Source: a virus. Taken from it: a stretch of DNA of 64,000 nt. How positions within the stretch are numbered: position 1 is the stretch's first letter; every line of letters starts with the position of its first letter. Below, in pieces: positions 1-8,512 of this stretch. The DNA lies in the IMG/VR virus record IMGVR_UViG_3300044730_002015, positions 96,001-160,000 of that record; one strand, 5' to 3'. The position numbers and the translations under genes were made by a program. The notes beneath the pieces were generated by a model. The model made no database searches, had not been told where the DNA came from, and was given only the letters and a program-made list of their open reading frames with translations.

Positions 1-2
1 AA

Positions 3-1934
3 ATAGGCAGCTACGTTGGCGTTGCCGTAGGTGCTGCCGCTTACAATGCCAGTCAAGAAGGCACCGTTGCCTATTATGTAATTGCCAGTGATATTACCAG
101 TGGTGATAACATTGCCTGTGAGGCTGGGCAGTCCGCCCGAATAAAACTGTAGATAACTGGCTACCTGCGCATTGCCATAGACATAGTATCCTTGCGCTTG
201 GGTAATATTTCCCAAAATATAACTGGCCTGGACGTTGCCTACTGTAATAACATTGCCAGTCAATGATGGCAATGCACCAGTCAACGACACAAGATTACCG
301 TTGTAAGTGGGCAGGTACCCGGCTACATTTGAGTTGCCATAGGAACTGCCACCGCTGGTGATACCAGTGAGATAATATCCATTACCAAAGATATAACGAG
401 TGGCATCGCTGTTGCCAGCATTGCTGGTTCCTAGATAAAGATTTCCAGCTACTGTGGCAGCGCCGGCAGTGACTATGCCGGTGGTGGCACTGACGTTGCC
501 TACAAATAAATTGCTCCACTGTGCTGTGGTATGATTTTGGATCTTGACACCATTGACGTTGTCATAGCCCGTGGCCACGGTTATGGCAAAATTGCCTGTG
601 GTATTATTGGCATAAAATCCATCGTCGGTATAGATTCTGTCAAAAGGAGTGTCCTGGCTACCAATGGCTACAAATGCTACATTGGCCAAAGGATACAAGG
701 CCTCGGCATAGACCGATCCATTGAATCTAGGTATGCCGTCGCTGGCATTGCCGGAACCGATGTTGCCACTGAAGTTATCTAAATTCAAAGCAGCGCCATT
801 GCCTAATATCCTGTCGCCTTGAATGTTGGCAGTGGTAGTGATGGTGTTGTTACTGGAAATGGCATTGACATAACTGCCCAGCAAAGTTATTACATTGCTG
901 TTGTCGTATCCGCCGGTGGCAGATCTAATGTTGCCTAACACAAGACCCGAAGTCTGGATATTGCCAGAGAAATTGGCTTCGCCACCGCCAATGGCTGCCA
1001 ACTGGCCGGTGACGGCATCAACAAATTGTATGCCACTGCCGGTATTGCTGGGTCGCAGGCTGGTAGCATTGCCCGAGACACCTGCTGGAATCAAGAAATT
1101 ACCGGCAGCGATGTTGCCAGTGTAAGTGGCCAACAATACAGCAACGTTGGCGTTGTCATATCCCCCGGTGGCAGCACGTATGTTGCCAATAAAGAAATTG
1201 GCCTGTGTATTGGCCGAAGTTATGATATTGCTGGTTAAAGTACCGCTGTTGAGCAAGGCAGCAACATTAGCGTCGCCATAGGTCACATTTCCTGTGGCAG
1301 CGTCCCAATAAAGATTGCCTGCGCCATCGTTGAACAGGGCCTGCCCAGCTGATCCTTGCTGGATAGGAAAATACAAGGCATAGTTATCGCCTGTGCTGCT
1401 GGGAGCCAATATCAAGGTATTGCCATTGTCATTGAGCAAGTTTATATTCTGTGATATCAATGATGCGTCGGATTGAATATTGCCAGTTGAAATAAAATTG
1501 GTATCTACTCCAAAATCTGTACCAGACCAGACCAAGGTAGCCCCGCCTATCGACAGTGTGTTGGACACATAAACGTCTGCCCATCTCAACGAAGGTGTGC
1601 CTAGATCATAGAGAGTGTTGGCACTTGGTATGATGCTGCCGTCAAAGGACTGCAGATACGATTTGACATTTGAGTTACTATAGTTGGCATTACCGCCGCC
1701 GCCGGCAATTCCGGTTAAAAACGCCCCATTGCCTAGGATATATGCGCCCTGTACATTGCCTGAAGCAGTGACCGTGGTAAAGTTACCAGTATTGGGCGTG
1801 ATATTTCCAATGACTATGTTGTTGATAGCGCCGGTGGTGGCTAGGGCCCAGGCCTGGCCCGTATAGACCCAGGTTTTACCGTTGAAACTATAGGTATCAT
1901 TGACACTGGGGCTGGGCGGAAAATTTAATTGCAT
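3..1934 (-). CDS. Tail fibre-like protein, partial (runs off the left edge; missing from ORF track)
   Basis: ATG at 1934 gives MQLNFPPSPSVNDTYSFNGKTWVYTGQAW; same frame at position 3 reads YGNANVAAY; carries the same NANVAAYL / LGNGAFLTGI repeats as neighbouring fibres. Confidence 0.8.
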   Translation of the reverse strand, partial: MQLNFPPSPSVNDTYSFNGKTWVYTGQAWALATTGAINNIVIGNITPNTGNFTTVTASGNVQGAYILGNGAFLTGIAGGGGNANYSNSNVKSYLQSFDGSIIPSANTLYDLGTPSLRWADVYVSNTLSIGGATLVWSGTDFGVDTNFISTGNIQSDASLISQNINLLNDNGNTLILAPSSTGDNYALYFPIQQGSAGQALFNDGAGNLYWDAATGNVTYGDANVAALLNSGTLTSNIITSANTQANFFIGNIRAATGGYDNANVAVLLATYTGNIAAGNFLIPAGVSGNATSLRPSNTGSGIQFVDAVTGQLAAIGGGEANFSGNIQTSGLVLGNIRSATGGYDNSNVITLLGSYVNAISSNNTITTTANIQGDRILGNGAALNLDNFSGNIGSGNASDGIPRFNGSVYAEALYPLANVAFVAIGSQDTPFDRIYTDDGFYANNTTGNFAITVATGYDNVNGVKIQNHTTAQWSNLFVGNVSATTGIVTAGAATVAGNLYLGTSNAGNSDATRYIFGNGYYLTGITSGGSSYGNSNVAGYLPTYNGNLVSLTGALPSLTGNVITVGNVQASYILGNITQAQGYYVYGNAQVASYLQFYSGGLPSLTGNVITTGNITGNYIIGNGAFLTGIVSGSTYGNANVAAY

Positions 1935-1996
1935 AATTATAAAATCTCAGGGTATGCTATATTTAGTAAAACACGCCAGGACAAATTATGCATTTT

Positions 1997-3139
1997 TTAG
2001 GCAGGTATGGTCCAGGTAGTGCTGCCTGCAATGGTATGACGCACATATGCGCCAGGATTTACAGTGGTCACGGGTGCTGCAGGGCTAAAGGTGCCTTGTA
2101 CCACGCTGCCAGGATACTGTATAATAACAACGCCTGAACCTCCGGTACCTCCGGGTTGAGCAGAAGCGCTGGCCGGTGGGGATTGGGATCTGTATCTAGC
2201 CTGCCCTGACCCACCACCGCCACCGCCAGTATTGACAGTACCGGACGTGCCCGCGCCACCACCGCAGCCCGAAAAGGTAGGTGATGGTTTGACCCAACCC
2301 TGTGATCCTGCACCTCCGCCACCGGCACCACCGTCACCACCGGGCCTAATAGTGCCACAGGTTGTAGGAGTAGGCGTTAATGCGCCAGCTGGTCCACAAG
2401 TTCCACCACCACCACCGCCACCACTGTAGATGCCGCCAAAGGTAGCACTGGTTTGTCCTGATCCGCCTGCACCGCCACCAATGGGATTGCTTGGTCCCGA
2501 GGGTGGGCCTGGGTTTCCTGCTCCTCCGGCACCACCACCGCCACCCCCGCCGCAGATGGCATAGCCCGAAGGAGTTGGTTGCGGTGCTGGACCAGCGGTC
2601 CCACCATTTCCCCCAGCGTTGGCTCCCGAACCTGCCACTGAACCCTGAATGTAACTTGGTCCAGCACCGCAACCACCGCCACCAGAACCCGAACCTTGGG
2701 GTTGTAAATAGCCCGGGCTAGAAGACGATGGCACACCCACGCTGGTGTTAGATGCGCCAGTGATACGACTTCCTCCACCGCCACCACCATAAGACGTTTT
2801 TGGTCCGTTGGGCAGCACAGGAGCAGGGGCCACTATGCTGGTAGCACCGCCCACGCCGCCACTGTCAGTGTAACTGGGATCGGCCAAAGTTGAATTCCTG
2901 CCAGCTGTGCCACCACCGCCCACGGTCAACACAATGGTGCCGGGGCCTTGGATATCAAAATTGGTAGTTTCTACAAATCCACCACCACCGCCACCACCTC
3001 CCCCTTGGGCACCACCGCCTCCACCTCCGCCCACAGTCAGCACTGATGCAGTAAAAAATGGGGCAGGGCTAGGGCTAGGGCTAGGGCTTGGTGAAACCTC
3101 GGGCCCTTTCCATAACAAAGCTTGTTGTATGGCTACCAT
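1997..3139 (-). CDS. Gly-rich, Ser/Pro-rich virion-associated protein
   Basis: VLTVGGGGGGG...GGGGAGG repeats and C-terminal GGSGVVIIQY typical of phage Gly-rich tail proteins; (SP)n tract. Confidence 0.7.
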   Translation of the reverse strand: MVAIQQALLWKGPEVSPSPSPSPSPAPFFTASVLTVGGGGGGGAQGGGGGGGGGFVETTNFDIQGPGTIVLTVGGGGTAGRNSTLADPSYTDSGGVGGATSIVAPAPVLPNGPKTSYGGGGGGSRITGASNTSVGVPSSSSPGYLQPQGSGSGGGGCGAGPSYIQGSVAGSGANAGGNGGTAGPAPQPTPSGYAICGGGGGGGAGGAGNPGPPSGPSNPIGGGAGGSGQTSATFGGIYSGGGGGGGTCGPAGALTPTPTTCGTIRPGGDGGAGGGGAGSQGWVKPSPTFSGCGGGAGTSGTVNTGGGGGGSGQARYRSQSPPASASAQPGGTGGSGVVIIQYPGSVVQGTFSPAAPVTTVNPGAYVRHTIAGSTTWTIPA

Positions 3140-3152
3140 ATGTTTGATTGGA

Positions 3153-3863
3153 TTAAATTACATTACTGCCACTGATAAACCATCTATCTGTGGCCACTTT
3201 TAGCAGTGTGGCAGCGCCGTACCAGGACAGTGTTCTAGTGCCAGCAGTGGCATTGCCGCCCAATATCAAGGTCACTCCCACGGCTGGTGCTATGGTGCAA
3301 TTACTGCTGCTTTCATTGACCACGCTGATGGCGGTGCCAATGGGCAAGGTCACTGAACTGTTGGTAGGAATATTCAAAGTGACTCCACCCGAATTGGTGT
3401 AATAGTGCTTACCGCCATCATCGGCTGCAATGGTAGTGGTGTTCCAGGTAATTTGTGGAATACTTCTATAGCCTATGCTGTAGCCATTGACAGTGGCGTT
3501 GATATTTCCTGTGACCAGATTACCAGCTGTGAGATTGCCCGTGACCTGGCAGTATTGATCTACCTGCAGAAAACCGTCGACTTCGACATTGCCTGCAAAA
3601 CTGGAATCGCCGGCACTAAAATCAGCCAGTTGTCCCGAACCTGAATCTACAAAAGCCACGCCGCTGCCAGTGCTGCTGGCTTCTAAAGTAGTGGCATTGC
3701 CCGAGACACCCGCAGGCGATATAAAATCGCTGGCTGATACTGTGCCGCTGAACACAGCGTTGCTGCCTGTATAGGAAGTGGCAGTAAAGCTGGATATAGA
3801 TCCGGTGTTACTGACATTGGCGCTGCGGGCCAGGGCCAGCAGTATTTCATTTCGGATAGTCAT
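3153..3863 (-). CDS. Short tail fibre/structural protein
   Basis: Beta-rich sequence; C-terminal IPTNSSVTLPIGT...ATLLKVATDRWFISG resembles common phage fibre tips. Confidence 0.6.
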   Translation of the reverse strand: MTIRNEILLALARSANVSNTGSISSFTATSYTGSNAVFSGTVSASDFISPAGVSGNATTLEASSTGSGVAFVDSGSGQLADFSAGDSSFAGNVEVDGFLQVDQYCQVTGNLTAGNLVTGNINATVNGYSIGYRSIPQITWNTTTIAADDGGKHYYTNSGGVTLNIPTNSSVTLPIGTAISVVNESSSNCTIAPAVGVTLILGGNATAGTRTLSWYGAATLLKVATDRWFISGSNVI

Positions 3864-3885
3864 AGATAGTTAGAATTGGTTCTAA

Positions 3886-4071
3886 CTATTTAGCAGAATC
3901 GTCTGGGGTCAGCAGTTGTAGAGCAGGCACAGCAGATTTTTGCTGTGCTTCCCATTCACGAGATTCACGCATCAGGGATTCCACCAAAAAATGTACTTCT
4001 TTATAAGGTTTGCCGGATAGATAGTCCAGAACCTGATTTATGGTGGTAGCTTTGAATTGATAGTGTTCCAT
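3886..4071 (-). CDS. Small hypothetical protein, possible fibre chaperone
   Basis: ORF between fibre genes with a TAAATA box upstream (4087-4092). Confidence 0.5.
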   Translation of the reverse strand: MEHYQFKATTINQVLDYLSGKPYKEVHFLVESLMRESREWEAQQKSAVPALQLLTPDDSAK

Positions 4072-4093
4072 GGCTTTGCTAGCCAATATTTAA

Positions 4094-7000
4094 TTAGGCT
4101 ATGTTGCCCCAGACAATTTCTTTGGTCACAGTGTTGTAAAACAACATTTTGATATTGGTGTTGGACAACACGTTGGCGCTGCTGTCATTGCGTATGGAAC
4201 TGATAAACAAGGAATTGGCCACGTTGGGCTGCAGATTAGAACCGCTGGCATTCAACACGATAGAGTTGTTGGGCTGACCTATGTTGCCTGTACCGTCGCC
4301 TGCTGCATAACCAATGGCTATGCTGTACAATCCTTGATTATGCTGTGCCGCCTGGTAACCAATGCCGATGGCCCCTTGATTTTGCTTGTTCTGTCCTGCC
4401 CGATAACCCACAGCAATGGCATACTGGCTTTGTGCAGCCACACTGGTATTGTTTCCTGCAGCCTGATAGCCAATGGCTATGGCATACTGTGCTTGTGCAG
4501 TGAGACCAGCGCCTTCGCCGATAGCGATAGCACTTTGTCCTTGATTGTAAGTTGCAGTACCGCCTCCTACAGCTATTGCACCTGCTCCCTGATATTCTTC
4601 TCCGGCGTTGCGACCAACAGCTACACCCCAATACCCTTGATTATTTTTTCCGGCTGCATAGCCAACTGCAGTAGATTGGCTGCCTTGAATGTTACCGCCA
4701 GCATAACTACCAACAGCCACGCCACCCTGGCCCTGATTGATCTGTCCGGCACCATAACCAATGGCCAAGCCATAGGTTTGTTGTCCTGTGTTGCCAGCAT
4801 TGGTACCAATGCCTATGCCACCTATCACGGTGTTGGCGTTGGCGTTGGTACCAAGAGCTAGATAAGTTGATCCAATGGTTAAGCCGCTGACGCTGGCACT
4901 GATGCCTGTGAGATAAGATCCATTACCAAAAAAGTAGTTGGCAGTGATGTTGCCATCGGCCACAATGTCTCCTTGCAGATCAATGTTGCCGCTGGCCTGT
5001 ATGTTGGCCACATCTATGTCTAGGAATACATTGGGATCAGCACTGTCTGTAAATGTCACAAAAGGAGCACTGTAGCCAATGGTAGCGCCCGAAGTAAGAT
5101 TCAATGAGTTTGAGGTGATATTGCCATTGGCTACATCAAGATTGGTGATAGAAAGTGTGCCATTGACATTGGCATTGCCATATATCAACAGTGTGTTGCC
5201 TTCTAACACATTGCCGTAGATGTTGCCGGCTATGACACCAACTGGTGCTCCCGAAACAGCATCCACGATGCTGATACCAGTGTCAATGCTGCTGGGCTGA
5301 ATTTTTGTGGCGTTGCCTGCGGCTCCGGCCGGAATTATGATATTGCCATAGATGTTTCTAAATGTAACAGCTGAATTGCCAAGATCGTAGGTGGCATTGG
5401 CATTGGCTATGATGTTGCCATCGAACACTGACAGATATGATTTGACATTAGCATTGCCATAGGTACCGGCGCCGCCGGAGATACCAGTCAAGAACGCACC
5501 GTTGCCCAGCACATAACCAGCTGACACATTGCCAGTGGTAATGATATTACCAGTGATGGTGCCACTGGCTAGATAAGCGGCCACGTTGCTGTTGCCGTAG
5601 CCTGAATTGGCATAAGTGGTGGTGGAATTGTCTATGCTGACAGCAGCTTCCATTTCAGCCCACTGGCTGTTGCCGCTGGAAGTAAAGTAAACAAATTGCG
5701 TGCCAGTGTTGCCTTGTATCCAGACATCACCCTGGCTGGGCGACACCGGCGCAGTGTTGCTGACAGTGAGCATACCGCTGGCAGTGATACCGGTCAGCAA
5801 TGAACCGTTGCCCAAGAAATACTGTCCGGTGATATTGCCTTGGGTGATTATTTGGATGTTGGCATTGCTGGCCAAATAACTGGCCACATTACTGTTGCTG
5901 TACAAACTGGTGATATCTACTATGTTGCCCACGCTGGGGCCAACGTCAACGGTGTCACCTGTGACCAGATACGTGTCAATGGTCAAGTTGGAACCTGATA
6001 TACTGTAGTTGCCTAGATATTGATAAGCGCCATTGACATACACGCTCATGGCATTGCTTTGGCTGTTGTAATACTCTAGATAGCCATTGCTGAATGTTTG
6101 ATTGGATCCATTGCTGGACACACTGAAATGCACCGAAGGTATGGTCACTCCCGAGCCGTTGCCGCCAGTGGCCACGATGCCAGCCAGGTATCTACCATTG
6201 CCATAATAGTAGACGTCAGTGTCGCTGAGATTGCCTATGTCAGTGCTGTTGCCTAGATATAGGTTGCCCGTGATATTGACTGTGGCATTGGGATTGACAG
6301 TGACAGCATTGGCACCACTGGTGGTCAACACCAATGGAAATGCCGAAGCAGCTCCGCCCAGTCCTACAGCAGCATAGTTGGGATAAGCAGTGAGATCCAA
6401 CTGCAGACCATTGCCGCTTTGTATCTTGACATTGGCCACTGTGGAGGAACCATTGGTGCCCACGTGCAGATTGGCCAAGGGATCTAAAACATTGATGCCC
6501 ACGTGCGGCTGATTGTATTTCAGTACCAGGTGCTTGATGTTTGCTGTGTTGAGATTCTGATAAATCCAGAAATTTTGATTCTCGCCAGCAAAACCTGTGT
6601 CGCTGGTGTAACGCAAGGCCCAGACATTGGCATTGCTTTGATTGACAAACTGCAGATCCACGTGATCAAGACTGCTGTTGGCCAACAGGCGTAGAGCCTG
6701 GCTGTTGCCTTGTGTGGCGTTGGGGCCTGTGCCTGTGGTGCGGAACTGTGCCTGACCTACTGCATCCAGTCTAGCCACTGGAGATTCTGTAGACAGGCCA
6801 ATGTTGCGGCTGCCATCAACAAATATAGCAGTGGTGCCGGTGCTGCTGTTGGCCAAGAAAAATGTATTGTTGCTGTCGCCTATGCCCAGTGTATAGCTGC
6901 CAGTGTTGGGTCCGGCCTGGCGACTCAGTGTCAAACCTTGTGCCAGTCTGTTGGCGCCAATGCTGTTGATGTGCGTGATGCTCACGGGAGTCTGTGTGCC

Positions 7001-8467
7001 TATACCAACCCAACCCGCGGGCTGTGAAGGATAGTTTACATTGGCAGTGATGGTCACTGCTGGTGCTACACTGCTGGTGGTACGCAGTTGGATGCTGTCA
7101 TTGGCGCCAGTGGCTTCTATGGTCAAGATGCCTGCAGAACCAGTGTTGGCATAGACCAAACCTGCGTGTGTGGCATTGCCGGGGCCAAAGCCCATAAAGT
7201 TATTGGCCACTACATCATAGTTGGACTGTATGTTACCTGTGGTGGTAACCACCAGACGATTGGCTGAACTGGCAGTGGCTGGAGTGTTGCTGTAACCAAT
7301 GACAAAGTCACCAGATACTGCGCGATTGTAAATGTCCCAGCTGGCATTGCCTGCGGTAATGGCATTGACTATCTGCAGTCCCACTGGACCTGAGTTGGTG
7401 CTGTCGGTGTTGCGTATCTTCAGCAGTCGACCTGCCAAGAGACTGCCGTTGGCCTGGCTGGATGTGATGTCAACCAGGTTGCCATTCACAGTGGCTATGT
7501 TCGAAGTGGTAGAGCGCAGTGTGGTTATGCGAGCATTGGCTATGTTGACCGCGGCCACTTCGCTTTCAAATCTCACGTCTGTGTCAGGACCAAAGGTCAC
7601 ACGTCCCGGTGCTAGGTTACTGGCCACTGGTGCGGCGCTGGCACTGATAAACAGACCCGGAGTCCATACTCCCGGATACACACTCAGCACAGTCTGCTGT
7701 ATGTTGCTGCCTAGACCTATGTCATGGAATCGGATGTTGGGAGTGTTGGCCAAGGTCAGGGCATTGGTATTGCCCCAGGTAATGCCGCTGCCATCCAGCA
7801 AAGGCAAACTATTTGTGGTGTTGGCCAGACTCAATACAAATGCGCCCAGTTCTATGATGGCAGCATTGGCTTCGTTGATGTACTGGAATACTGTGAGATT
7901 ACCACGTATGACTGCGTCACCGTTGGATATAAATGTGCCTGTGCTGAGCTGACCAATGACATTGGCGCTGTTGGCCACTGTTAGATCGCCACTGATTAAG
8001 GCATCTTCCAGAGTCTGTAGATTGGTAACTCCCAGCGTGGCATTACCTTCGGTATAGACAAAAGTGCCCGTGGTGCCAAATCTATCGTTGCGATTGTATT
8101 GTACCGCTCCTTCGGGTCCGGTAGCTCCGTTGCTCCAGTAAACATTACCAAAAGCATCGGCTGAACGTAAAAATTGCCCTGCCAAAGCACCACCGATGTG
8201 GATATTTCCACCGGTGGGTAACAGTGTTGTTCCGGCAGCGCCGAGATCTAGATATGCGTTGCTGACCTTTAAACGAAAATCCTGCCCCGACGGAGCCGAT
8301 ATATTGCTGCCATTAAAACTTAAATTGGTATAGGCCAGCCCGGTATTGCCTAGCACTGCCCAGTTGATGTTTTGTGCTGTGAAACTATCGCGAAAACTAT
8401 CGCCAGTTCCGTCGTTGGGATTGGCGCCTACGTTTACTTGATAAAATCCGTTTGCTAGATTTGCCAT
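4094..8467 (-). CDS. Long tail fibre with T4 gp9/gp10-like baseplate-anchoring N-terminus and YadA-head-like C-terminal repeats
   Basis: NVGANPNDGTGDSFRDSF motif; VGIGT/VGIN fibre motifs; 14-aa AIGYxAGxxxQ repeats. Confidence 0.8.
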   Translation of the reverse strand: MANLANGFYQVNVGANPNDGTGDSFRDSFTAQNINWAVLGNTGLAYTNLSFNGSNISAPSGQDFRLKVSNAYLDLGAAGTTLLPTGGNIHIGGALAGQFLRSADAFGNVYWSNGATGPEGAVQYNRNDRFGTTGTFVYTEGNATLGVTNLQTLEDALISGDLTVANSANVIGQLSTGTFISNGDAVIRGNLTVFQYINEANAAIIELGAFVLSLANTTNSLPLLDGSGITWGNTNALTLANTPNIRFHDIGLGSNIQQTVLSVYPGVWTPGLFISASAAPVASNLAPGRVTFGPDTDVRFESEVAAVNIANARITTLRSTTSNIATVNGNLVDITSSQANGSLLAGRLLKIRNTDSTNSGPVGLQIVNAITAGNASWDIYNRAVSGDFVIGYSNTPATASSANRLVVTTTGNIQSNYDVVANNFMGFGPGNATHAGLVYANTGSAGILTIEATGANDSIQLRTTSSVAPAVTITANVNYPSQPAGWVGIGTQTPVSITHINSIGANRLAQGLTLSRQAGPNTGSYTLGIGDSNNTFFLANSSTGTTAIFVDGSRNIGLSTESPVARLDAVGQAQFRTTGTGPNATQGNSQALRLLANSSLDHVDLQFVNQSNANVWALRYTSDTGFAGENQNFWIYQNLNTANIKHLVLKYNQPHVGINVLDPLANLHVGTNGSSTVANVKIQSGNGLQLDLTAYPNYAAVGLGGAASAFPLVLTTSGANAVTVNPNATVNITGNLYLGNSTDIGNLSDTDVYYYGNGRYLAGIVATGGNGSGVTIPSVHFSVSSNGSNQTFSNGYLEYYNSQSNAMSVYVNGAYQYLGNYSISGSNLTIDTYLVTGDTVDVGPSVGNIVDITSLYSNSNVASYLASNANIQIITQGNITGQYFLGNGSLLTGITASGMLTVSNTAPVSPSQGDVWIQGNTGTQFVYFTSSGNSQWAEMEAAVSIDNSTTTYANSGYGNSNVAAYLASGTITGNIITTGNVSAGYVLGNGAFLTGISGGAGTYGNANVKSYLSVFDGNIIANANATYDLGNSAVTFRNIYGNIIIPAGAAGNATKIQPSSIDTGISIVDAVSGAPVGVIAGNIYGNVLEGNTLLIYGNANVNGTLSITNLDVANGNITSNSLNLTSGATIGYSAPFVTFTDSADPNVFLDIDVANIQASGNIDLQGDIVADGNITANYFFGNGSYLTGISASVSGLTIGSTYLALGTNANANTVIGGIGIGTNAGNTGQQTYGLAIGYGAGQINQGQGGVAVGSYAGGNIQGSQSTAVGYAAGKNNQGYWGVAVGRNAGEEYQGAGAIAVGGGTATYNQGQSAIAIGEGAGLTAQAQYAIAIGYQAAGNNTSVAAQSQYAIAVGYRAGQNKQNQGAIGIGYQAAQHNQGLYSIAIGYAAGDGTGNIGQPNNSIVLNASGSNLQPNVANSLFISSIRNDSSANVLSNTNIKMLFYNTVTKEIVWGNIA

Positions 8468-8512
8468 GAATTTCTCTACGTTTTAGTTTATTTAGCACCC
8501 TTGGTGCTGGCA

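Noticed and set aside
3060-3086. Telomere or eukaryotic origin
   Set aside because: Only a few units, inside a CDS, in a phage-like context
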